Shown: one piece after another, positions 52,819 through 64,000 of the stretch
How positions within the stretch are numbered: the first letter of the stretch is position 1
Layout of the letters: every line of letters starts with the position of its first letter
Origin: Dictyostelium discoideum
Lineage: Eukaryota
Reading direction: 5' to 3'
DNA: 64,000 nt
Assembly (NCBI GenBank): GCA_000004695.1
Contig: CM000150.2
Location: 3,232,001 to 3,296,000 of the forward strand
Position numbers and translations under genes: made by a program
The notes under the pieces: generated by a model
Seen by the model: only the letters and a program-made list of their open reading frames with translations
What the model was told of the DNA's origin: nothing
Database searches by the model: none

Positions 52819-54302
52819 GCAAATAAAAACAAATTTAAATTATTTTACTAAAGGTAGTATATGTACAATTTTTTTTAAAGATTCCTTTTTTCCATTTTTT
52901 TTAAAAGATTGTAGATGAAAAATAAACCTTTTTTTTAGTTTTTTCAGAACTACAATGTTTACCTTTTTTTGTTTTGCATTTTTTTGTGTATTGTTTAATG
53001 TTTAATAATAGTTACTATTTTCATATCATCCGATATCTAAGAAAATCAATTTTGGAATTGTTTTTAAAGATTTGTTTTTTTTTTTTTTGATAACTTCCTT
53101 TATTTATTTATTTTTTCCATAAAAAAACAAATTTAAAAAAATATTAAATTAAAATAAAAAAAAAAACATTTTTATATCTAAAAAACTATATTTTTTTTTA
53201 TTTTCTTTTTTTAATTTTTCTTTTTTAATTTAAAAAAAAAAAATAAAAAAAAAAAAAAATATATTTAATCCATTTTTTTTAAATATAAACGTTTTTTATA
53301 ACCTACTAATAAAGATATAGCGAGTGAGTACTGACATTTCATATTTTATAGTTTTTTAAATATATTTTTTTTTTTTATCACACTAACTTTTTTTTTTTTT
53401 TGATCATTTTTTTTTTTCTCATTTGTAAAATATTTTTTTCAATACACATATACAAATAAACAGACAAAATCCTTATATATAATAATATAACAGAAAAAGT
53501 ATTTTTTATTTTTTTTTTTCTTTTTTTTTATTTTATTTTAATTTTCTTAATTTTTTTTTAAATAATTTATTATTTTTATTATAATCACCATTGTTTTTTT
53601 ATTTTTTTTATTATTTTTTTTTATATTTAATTTTTTTTTTTTTATTTTTATTTAATATAAAAAATTTAATAAATTTATTAAATTATAATCACACATTTTT
53701 TTATTTTTTAATTTTAAATGGTAAGAGGATATTTAGAAATATCAAAATTCGCTATTGTTTAGGTTCATTTTCATACTTTTTTTTTTAATTGAATTTCATC
53801 TCAAAAATTAAAAAATTTTTTTTTTTATTGTTTCTATTCAAATAATTAAAAATTTTTTTTTTTTATTTTTTTTTTTATTTTTTTTTTATTTTTTTTTTTT
53901 GCATAAATCAAACAATTGTTTAATGTTTGCAAATATTTAGTCATTGTGTGAAATTGGGGAATGTGTTTTTTCAAATTTTTTTTTTATATGTTTAAAAAAA
54001 AAAATAATCTCAAAGGTAATAATAAATAATAAATAATAAATAATAAATAATAATAATAATAATAATAATAATGATAATAATAATAATAATAAAAATAAAA
54101 AAATAAAATAAAAATAAAATTATATAAACAGAGTCAAACCCAAATCTTATTTAAAAAGATTGTGTTTGATATTTTATTTTTATTTTATTTTATTTTTTAT
54201 TTTTAAATTATTTATTTTTGTCAATGACAATTTGTGGTTTTGTGTGTGTGGGATTATGTAGAGAATTTTTTGGGTGTTTATGTGTGCGTTTGATAGTGCA
54301 AT

Positions 54303-54333
<31 letters not shown>

Positions 54334-55104
54334 CTTTCTCTATCATTCAATTGTTTTAAAATTATGATGAAAAAGGATAATAATAAAAAAATAGTGCGAA
54401 TAAATAGAAAAAATAAAAAATAAAAAAATAAAAAAATAAACATTCAAACATAATAGAGGTTCTATCAGTTTATTTATTATAATTAGTTTGAACCCATCTA
54501 TGTATTTTTAAAAATTAATTTCCAAAAAAAAAAAATTAAAAAATAATAATATTAATATTAAAAAAAAAAAAAATAATATATTTATTATTAAAAAAAAAAA
54601 ATAATAATAATAATAGTAGTAATAATAATAATAATAAATATTTATACTCGCTCCAATATTGTATGTGTAAACCAAATATAAAGAAATTTCCATCTCCTAT
54701 TACTAAATTTAAATTTTATATATTTTAATATACTTCTTTTTAAATATATTTTTTTTTTTATTTTTTATTGTTATTACCTAATAATTCTAATTTTCAAAAA
54801 AAAAAAAAAAAAAAAAAAACAAATTCAAAACCACTGTACCAATTATCTAAAAAATTATTTAAATTTATATTTTATTCAATATTTAAAAAAAAGTTTGTTT
54901 TAAAAGTTATATTATTTTTATTAATAAAATTTTTTTTTTTTTATAATCCAACTGAAAATAAAATAATTATAATAAAAAGTTTCTAAATCTCCTTTTTTTT
55001 TATTATTTTTTTAAAACCAAAAAAAAAAGAATAAAAATATTCATATTTATTTTCATATTCCAATAATAATAATAATATATTATACCAAAATAATAAAAAA
55101 AATC

Positions 55105-55136
<32 letters not shown>

Positions 55137-55287
55137 CCCTTAATTTTATTTTTATTTATACATTTAAACTAATTTTATTAACTTAATTAAATTAAAAATT
55201 TTTTATAAATAATTTTTAAAAAGAAAAAAAAAAATAGTAATATTAAAAATAAATATATTTAGTGAAATATTTAGAAATTAATCAAAA

Positions 55288-57147
55288 ATGGTTATAATGG
55301 ATCATAATACCAATATATCAGGGTCTCCAACATCTTCCCAGGTACTTTCTAATGGAATTCAATCAATTCAAAGTGGGATTTCAAATAGAGTTCAATCTAT
55401 TCAATCTCTGCCGCCACAAATGTATATATTAAAAGAAAGAATTGTAAATAAAAATAATTATCATATAATGGATAGTAATAATAATAATAATAATGTAAAT
55501 AGTAGTAATAATAGTAATAATAATAATGTTGGATTAAAGGACTATGGAGAAGGCGGAATTTATAGTTTCGAAGATGATAGTCATAGATCTGCCTCTCCAT
55601 CAAGATTAAGATCACTCTCTGCTCCTGGTTCAACAAGTACAACAACTGCACCAGCAACATGTACAGGTACAAAGAATCAACGTGAACTATTTCAACAATC
55701 AATTGATTCATTAGCTTCAAAATATAATAATGGTAATAACAATAATTTAAACAACAATAATAATAATAATAATATAAATAATAATAATATAAATAATAAT
55801 AATAATAATAATAATAATATAAATAATAATAATAATAAAGATATAAATAGTAATAATAAATCATCATTAAAAAATAGTGGTGGTAGTGGTAGTTGTGGTA
55901 GTGATAGTGAACAATTAAATTGTAGAATTAGAGATTCAACTGATGAAATGTATGAAAGTGAAGAACTTGCAAATATTGATGACGAAATGATTAGAATGAG
56001 ATCTTTATCACTAACATCATTTGAAACATTTAAAAAGATTGAAAGAGAAAAGAATATTTACTCTCCATCTTCCACTAGAGATGATGATGTTTTATCACCA
56101 TATGAAATGATGTCACATTTGGAGTATCAAGAAAGATTAGAAAGAGAAGAAATGGAAAGAATGGACAAGAATAATGTTATCATATCACAATCATCAAGCG
56201 ATGGTTATACTGGTAATCAAGTTCAATGTGAATCAACATTAACATCGTCATCTTCAATAAAATCATCATTATCATCATCTTCCTCACTTAATATTAGTAC
56301 TTCAATTCCAAGAATTAGTGTATCATCTTCAAATTCTTTCTCTGGTTCACCTTCAACTTGTTCGATTTCTCCACCAAAATCATCATCATCTTCTTCAAAG
56401 TCAAAAAATAGTTTAACTGGTAGTTTAAATGGTACAAGTGTATTAATTCAACAACAACAACAACAAAACCATGGTGGTGGTAATAATAGTCCAATTACAA
56501 GTATTACCAATTCACCATCAACTCGTTCTTCACCATTATTCAAAAGGTCATTAACTTCAAATACTACACTTTCAAAATCATCTACTAAATTACCATCTGT
56601 TGAAAAGGAACAACAGCCAACTCAACAAGCACCTTTATCACCACAAGTGCAACAACAAGCTCAACAATTACCACCACAAGTTCATGCTCAATTACAAGCT
56701 CAAATTCAACAACAACAACAACAAAATATTCCAAAAAAAGTACAACCACTTGTAAAATCATTATCTTCACAAACTATTTTAAAGGAACAACAAAATAAGA
56801 AACAACCAATTGCAGCCGTTGCCTCGCCATCAACAACTTCTTCATCATTAGCACAAAATAGACCATCAACTCCAATTCAAATGTCATCATCACCAAATTT
56901 AAATCCATTAAAAAAGTTAACAAATAAACTTTCATTATCAACTCATTCATTACCACAATCACCTCCACCACAAACATCATCGAATACACCAACTTTGACA
57001 CCAAAAAATAAACTTGTCAAATGTCCATCTGGTAATTCAATTTTACCAAATAAAAAATCAATTTCTCAATCACAACAATCTCAACCTGTAAATAATTCAT
57101 TTCAATTGGAATTAAAACAACATTTGAAATTGAAAAAAGAACAAAAT

Positions 57148-57184
<37 letters not shown>

Positions 57185-57621
57185 TAGAAAATAATAATAA
57201 TAATAATAATATTATTGAAAATATTAATAATAATAATACTTTAAGTAGAAAAGAAAGATATGAATTAAAGAAACAAAATATTCCAAAACCAATGGATGAA
57301 CCAAAAGGATCATCAGTAGTTGAATCAATTGTTAAAATTACATTTCAATTTCCATCCACTGGTAAAAAAGTTAATAGATATTTTAATGCAGATTGTAAAG
57401 TTGAAGAATTAAAAAATTATATTGAATGGTTTGCATACCAAGAACCTCAATTATTCGATTCATCATTTAAATTATCTGATGATTCTCATTTAAAAATTGT
57501 AGATTATAATATTGAATATACAATTTTACCAACAAAATTTGTAATTTCAAATTTTGATGTTACATTTAAAGATTCTGGTTTCGTTCCAAAATCAAATATA
57601 ATTAATATTTCACTTGTATAA
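55288..57621 (+). CDS. Low-complexity (N/S/Q-rich) protein with a probable C-terminal UBX-like domain. Single exon, 777 aa.
   Basis: The C-terminal ~90 aa read VKITFQFPSTGKKVNRYFNADCKVEELKNYIEWFAYQ...LKIVDYNIEYTILP, which resembles the UBX beta-grasp with its F-P-x-x-G motif. The rest is homopolymeric N, S and Q. The domain call is tentative. Confidence 0.45.
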
Positions 57622-57698
57622 TAAATAATAATAATAATAATAAAACCAAAATAATAAAATAAAATTAAAATTAAAATTAAAAATAAATCGTCTTTTCT

Positions 57699-59350
<1,652 letters not shown>

Positions 59351-59491
59351 CTGTCGGTTTTTTTTTTTTTTATTTTTAATCAAAAAAAAAAAAAAATAAA
59401 AAAATTAAAAATATTAAAAAAAACACCCACTATTGGATTTTCACAAGATATTACTTTTTTTTTTTTTTTTTTTTTTATTTTTCTAAAATTA

Positions 59492-60844
59492 ATGGATTAT
59501 TACCAAAGTGAATTAATCAAACTATTTCAAAAGAGTAATGAAATTTATAAAGATAATAATTTTGAAACTAAATTAAATGAAAAGAATTATAAATTTTTAT
59601 TAGTTTATTTAAATTCAATACATTCAATATTAAAAATTGATATGAAATTAAACATTTATCAATATATCAATATCGAATTTAAAGAATTAATTTTAATATC
59701 AAAAGAATTAATGAAAATTGTATTTGATATAATTCATTCTGGAACATGGAATAATATTGATATTCTATTTAAAGATTTATTTGCATATTCTTCAATTCTA
59801 TATATTTACTCCTTTTTTTTAATTCAATTTAAAAATATAAAAGTTGATAATAATAATAATAATAATATTAATATTAATATCCCAAACCCTATAAAGAAAA
59901 TAATTTTAAAAAAATTAGATTTAGCATTAATATTTGGTGATAAATTATTTAATCAAGTTATAAATCAAATTATTAATTTAATATCAAATAATAATAATAA
60001 TAATAATAATAATTTTTTAAATAATTTTAAAAATGAAAATTATAATAATAATAATGAAAATGAAATAATATTAAATAAAGAAAAACTAATTAAAAGGATT
60101 AGTAGACCACCAAGTTTAAATGAATTTAAAAATGAATATATGATAAAAGGAAATCCATGTGTTATTGAAAATTTAATGAAAGAATGGCCATGTTTTAATG
60201 AAAGAAATTGGAGTGATTTAAATTATTTAAAAAATGTTGCTGGATCAAGACTGGTTCCAATTGAAATTGGTCCAAATTATTTACATGAAAAAATGAAACA
60301 AAAATTAATAAATTTCAATAAATTTATTGATGAATATATAATTTCGAAAAATAGTGATGATGATAATGATGATATTGGTTATTTAGCTCAAACAAAACTA
60401 TTTGAACAAATTCCTCAATTAAGAAATGATATTTTAATACCAGAATATTGTAAAATTAAAATTGGATGTGGTGATGATGATAATGATAATAATAAAGAAG
60501 ATAATGTTGAAATTAATGCTTGGTTAGGTCCAAAAGGAACAGTGACTCCACTTCATTATGATCCAAAACATAATTTTCTTTGTCAAATTGTTGGTAGGAA
60601 ATATATTAAACTATTCTCACCAAAGGAATCAAATAATTTATATCCTCATTTAAACTCAAAATTATTTTTTAATACTAGTATGGTTGATGTTGAAAATCCA
60701 GATCATTCAAAATTTCCATTATTTAAAAATTGTGATTATATTGAATTAATTTTAAATGCTGGTGAAATTCTTTATATTCCACCCACATATTGGCATTTTG
60801 TTAAATCTTTAAGCCAAAGTTTTTCAGTAAGTTTTTGGTGGTAA
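59492..60844 (+). CDS. JmjC-domain protein, a JMJD5/KDM8-like 2-oxoglutarate/Fe(II) oxygenase; about 450 aa.
   Basis: GTVTPLHYDPKHNFLCQIVGRKYIKLFSP...NTSMVDVENPDHSKFPLFKNCDYIELILNAGEILYIPPTYWHFVKSLSQSFSVSFWW aligns with the JMJD5 cupin, with HxD...H metal ligands. The ORF-track start at 59333 is a low-complexity leader, and the first ATG in front of MDYYQSELIKLF is at 59492. Confidence 0.75.
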   Translation: MDYYQSELIKLFQKSNEIYKDNNFETKLNEKNYKFLLVYLNSIHSILKIDMKLNIYQYINIEFKELILISKELMKIVFDIIHSGTWNNIDILFKDLFAYSSILYIYSFFLIQFKNIKVDNNNNNNININIPNPIKKIILKKLDLALIFGDKLFNQVINQIINLISNNNNNNNNNFLNNFKNENYNNNNENEIILNKEKLIKRISRPPSLNEFKNEYMIKGNPCVIENLMKEWPCFNERNWSDLNYLKNVAGSRLVPIEIGPNYLHEKMKQKLINFNKFIDEYIISKNSDDDNDDIGYLAQTKLFEQIPQLRNDILIPEYCKIKIGCGDDDNDNNKEDNVEINAWLGPKGTVTPLHYDPKHNFLCQIVGRKYIKLFSPKESNNLYPHLNSKLFFNTSMVDVENPDHSKFPLFKNCDYIELILNAGEILYIPPTYWHFVKSLSQSFSVSFWW

Positions 60845-61314
60845 TTTTTTTTTTTTTTTATTTTTTTTTTTTTTTTTATTTACCAGATCAGCAAATTTTA
60901 TAATTTAAAAAAATAAAAAAAAAAGATATTCCCCTAATTTTTCAAAAGACTTTTTTTATATTTAATTTTTTTTTTTTTTTTTTTTTTAAAAGTCAACGAT
61001 TAAGCATGACAACGCCCAAAATTTTACATTTTTTTTTAATATTTTTTTTTTTATATTTTTTTTTTTTATTTTTTTGTCGTTTATTAATAAAAAAAAAGTT
61101 TAGGCGATTGTTATCTCAAAAAAAAAAAAATAATAAAAAAAATAAAAATACCAATAAAATTTTATTTTGTAATCTCAAAAAATAAAAAACTAAAATTGTT
61201 TATATATTAACCTATACTCACATATATATATATATATTTGCACATATACCAACAATATAAACGTTAAAATTTATTTTTATTAGAAAAAGGATAAATAAGA
61301 AAAAAAAAAAAAAA

Positions 61315-64000
61315 ATGGTAAACTATTTCAACTTATTAGATGAATCAGATGAAGAAGAAACAAATACAACTGTTAAAAAAGATTTAACAGTAGAAACAAC
61401 AGCACCAACAACAACAGCAGTTATTGAAAAAGAAAATAAAGTAAACAACAAAGTTGAAACTAGTACAGCAGCAACATCCGCTTCTTCTTCAACAACAGGA
61501 GGTATTTATGTACCACCACTTAGAACAAGTTCAGAGGCAACAAATAAAGCACCACCTTCACAACATATTGAAATTCAATTTGATGTAAACAAATTTAATT
61601 CAGAAGAAACATTACCAGAGAATTGGATTCTTTGGTACGACACAAAAAAGAATTCCCCACAAGAAGGAGAAAATAATGAATATCTTCAAAATGTTGAAAA
61701 AATTGGTTCTTTTAATTCTTTAAAGGTAATTTATTTTTTTTTTAATTTTATTAATTTTTGCTTATACTAATTATTTACTTTTTTTTTTTTTTCTCTCCTC
61801 TGTCCTTTCTCGTAGCAATTCAAAAATATGTGGGAAAGTTTAAAAACACCATTAGATGTAATTGGTAATATAAGTATTTTCAAAGAAGGTATTGAACCAG
61901 CTTGGGAAGATCCAAAAAATAAAGATGGTGGTAAAATTGTAAGTTCAAAAAATAAAAAAAAAAAAAAAAAAAAAATCGCTAACTTTTTTTCTCTTCTTTA
62001 ATATTACAACTATTATAGACTATAAATTATCTTAAAGATAATGGCGACTTCAATTTTTTATTAAATGCATGGTTCACTTTATTCACAACAATTGTTTTTA
62101 GCACATTCGAAAATTATGAACAATCAGTATGTAACATATTTCTAATCTCACCCTACCCCCTCCCTTTCTTCATCTCTTTTCTACCTTTTACACCACTCAT
62201 TTCCTTCCTTTCCTACTATCCCCTTTTTTATTTTTTTATTTTCAAATATTAATAAAAACTTTTTTTTTTATTTTTTTTTATTTTTTTTTATTTTATATAT
62301 TTATTAATTTCAAAAAAAAAAGAATGGTATTGTTTTATCAATTAGAAGTTGGGGTGCAAGTATTCATTTATGGAATAATAGTTCAGAGAATGATAAAGTT
62401 CAATCAATTAGAGATGTATTCCAAAATATATTATTTGTTAAATATTCAAAGTTTTCACCACATAAAACAGCACTCGATATGAATAAGAATAAAGATCCAA
62501 ATACTAAACAAATAAATAAGAATAAGAAAAGAGATGAACATGGATTCACAATTAAACCAGTCAATACACTATTATCAGTACATCCAACTTTTTCAGGTGC
62601 ATATGAAAAGCAATGGGTATTACCAGAGAATAATAAACCAGATAAATCATTAAATATTATTAACACAAATACTAAACCAAAGAAATCTTCACCATATACT
62701 GTAAACACTGAAGAAAGAAAAGAATCACCTGATATAATAAATGATTCAAATAATATAATAAATAATAACAATAATAATAATAATAACAATAGCAACAATA
62801 ATGAAAATAATAATAATTCAGATAATATAGAAAATGAACAATCTGAACCAATTCCTGAAATTCCATCTGGTGTTAATGCATGGTCAACTGGTATTTTATT
62901 AGGTCAACCAAAAGTTGAAGAATCTCAAAAACAACTCGATGAACAACCATTAGTTGTAAAAGAAGACGAAAAAGAAAATGAAAAAGAAAAAGAAAAAGAA
63001 AAAGAAAAAGAAAAAGAAAAAGAAAAAGAAAAAGAAAAAATTATTGAAAAGAAAGAATCAAAATCAGCTTATTCAAATGCATGGGGTAATAGTAAAATTG
63101 AACAACCAACAACCACACCATCCAATAATAATAATAATAATACCACTAAATCATCAAATACACCAACTCCAATGATTAATACAAATATTGAAATTCCAAC
63201 TGGCGCAAATGCATGGGCAACTGGTAAATTATTAGTTAAACAAGAGGTTGTTGAAGATAAACAATCATTAAATAATGTTGATGGTGCTGCTGTAGCTGCT
63301 TCCACCACCACTATTACTCCTCCACCAGTCGTCACAACTGAAAATAAAGAAAAGAAAGGAAAAACAGAAAAGAAAGAAAAAGAAAATAAAGCACCAACTG
63401 TAGTAATCACAGAAAAGAAAGATTCTTCTCAATCACAAGAAAAACCAATTAAGAGAGTAAGTTCAAAAGAAGTTTTACAAGAAAAACCAATAAAAAGAGT
63501 AAATTCAAAAGAAGTATTACAATCACAACCAACTGAATCATTCTGGGAAGAACCAACACCAATTACTGTTGTTCAACAAACTCAAGTACCAACTAAAGTA
63601 CCAAAGAAAACTATTGAACCAACCCCAACTCCAACACCAACTCCAACCCCAACTCCAACCCCAACTCCAACTCAAACAACAGCTTCAACCTCAACACCAA
63701 CTCAAGTTGATACCTTTTCTAAAGTTGTAAAGAAAGATAAATCATACAAACAAACCAAAACAACAGTTTCATCATGGGGTAGTCCAACTAGTATCGCTGA
63801 TTTAATCGCTTCTCAACCTGAACCAACAACAGTTATTGTTGCTCCAGTTGCAACTGAAGTTACAATTCCAACTCCAACTGCTGCACCTATCTCCACCAAC
63901 ACAGCAACTACTGTCACCACCACCACTACTACCACCTCCCCTACCAATACAACAGCCATTACCCCTACTGCCACTGTTGTAGCAACAGTTGAAAGTGAAG
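61315..64000 (+). CDS. eIF4E-family cap-binding protein with a long repeat-rich C-terminal extension. The 5' part is in the window: exons approx 61315..61725, 61816..61938, 62019..62126, 62323..>64000. It continues beyond the window.
   Basis: eIF4E core: LPENWILWYDTKKN...VEKIGSFNSLK|QFKNMWESLKTPLDVIGNISIFKEGIEPAWEDPKNKDGGKI|TINYLKDNGDFNFLLNAWFTLFTTIVFSTFENYEQS|NGIVLSIRSWGASIHLWN, with the Trp cap-stacking residues conserved. There are three GTAAxT...AG introns. The open frame continues for more than 1.6 kb with (EKEK)n, (PT)n and repeated G[VA]NAW[SA]TG[IK]LL motifs. Confidence 0.6.

Noticed and set aside
62400-63410. Minus-strand ORFs 62400..62798, 62672..62866, 63069..63410 and plus ORF 62978..63175.
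   Set aside because: Antisense or off-frame readings of the repeat-rich eIF4E-family C-terminal extension: poly-L/F from (GAA/AAG)n, poly-K from (AAAGAA)n.

Overview
This window is not prokaryotic. It is a gene-dense stretch of a Dictyostelium discoideum-type social-amoeba nuclear genome. Evidence: about 78% AT; coding (AAT)n and (CAA)n tracts translating to long poly-Asn/poly-Gln; short AT-rich GTAAGT...AG introns; homopolymer-filled intergenic DNA; and a tRNA gene with a TRE5-type non-LTR retrotransposon fragment about 50 bp upstream. I therefore built spliced gene models by hand instead of using the six-frame ORFs as genes. Many ORF-track 'M' starts are actually TTG or GTG codons, and antisense ORFs across coding microsatellites (poly-L, poly-V, poly-Y) are artefacts. 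My coordinates come from manual indexing and may be off by +/-1-3 nt; I found two places where they disagree with the ORF track by 1 nt.

About 30 protein-coding genes are supportable:
- a tandem array of an F-box gene (two full copies and one fragment, each with a different disabling lesion);
- an EF-hand/coiled-coil/CAAX protein;
- catalase B (692 aa, 3 exons with a 16-nt first exon);
- an N-terminal Xaa-Pro-Lys methyltransferase (NTMT1) homologue;
- a cytochrome P450 with an apparent 1-nt frameshift;
- two paralogous BTB-domain genes that share an unusual N-terminal domain;
- a PI-PLC X-domain protein;
- beta-tubulin;
- a GH25 lysozyme-like protein with a Ser/Gly repeat tail;
- a ~0.93-kb segmental duplication carrying two copies of a small two-exon gene (85 aa, Gly-rich), with an unrelated gene between them;
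- glucosidase II alpha (modA);
- a C2+WW domain protein;
- two adjacent paralogous small secreted 3-Cys peptides;
- a UBX-domain protein;
- an NSUN-family m5C RNA methyltransferase divergently paired with a JMJD5-like JmjC protein;
- an eIF4E-family gene with a long repeat-rich C-terminal extension that runs off the window.

The most mobile-element-like locus is tRNA-Ile(AAU) at 24805..24877 (minus strand). It has a 5'-truncated TRE5-type retroelement (ORF2 C-terminus, internal inverted repeat, poly-A tail) upstream and a modular repeat block, possibly TRE3-like, downstream.

There are no CRISPR arrays, operons or prokaryotic defence systems. The candidate novelties are eukaryotic: the duplicated small-gene module, the 3-Cys peptide pair, the 'IWSWEF' N-terminal domain of the BTB paralogues, and several independently inactivated tandem paralogues.
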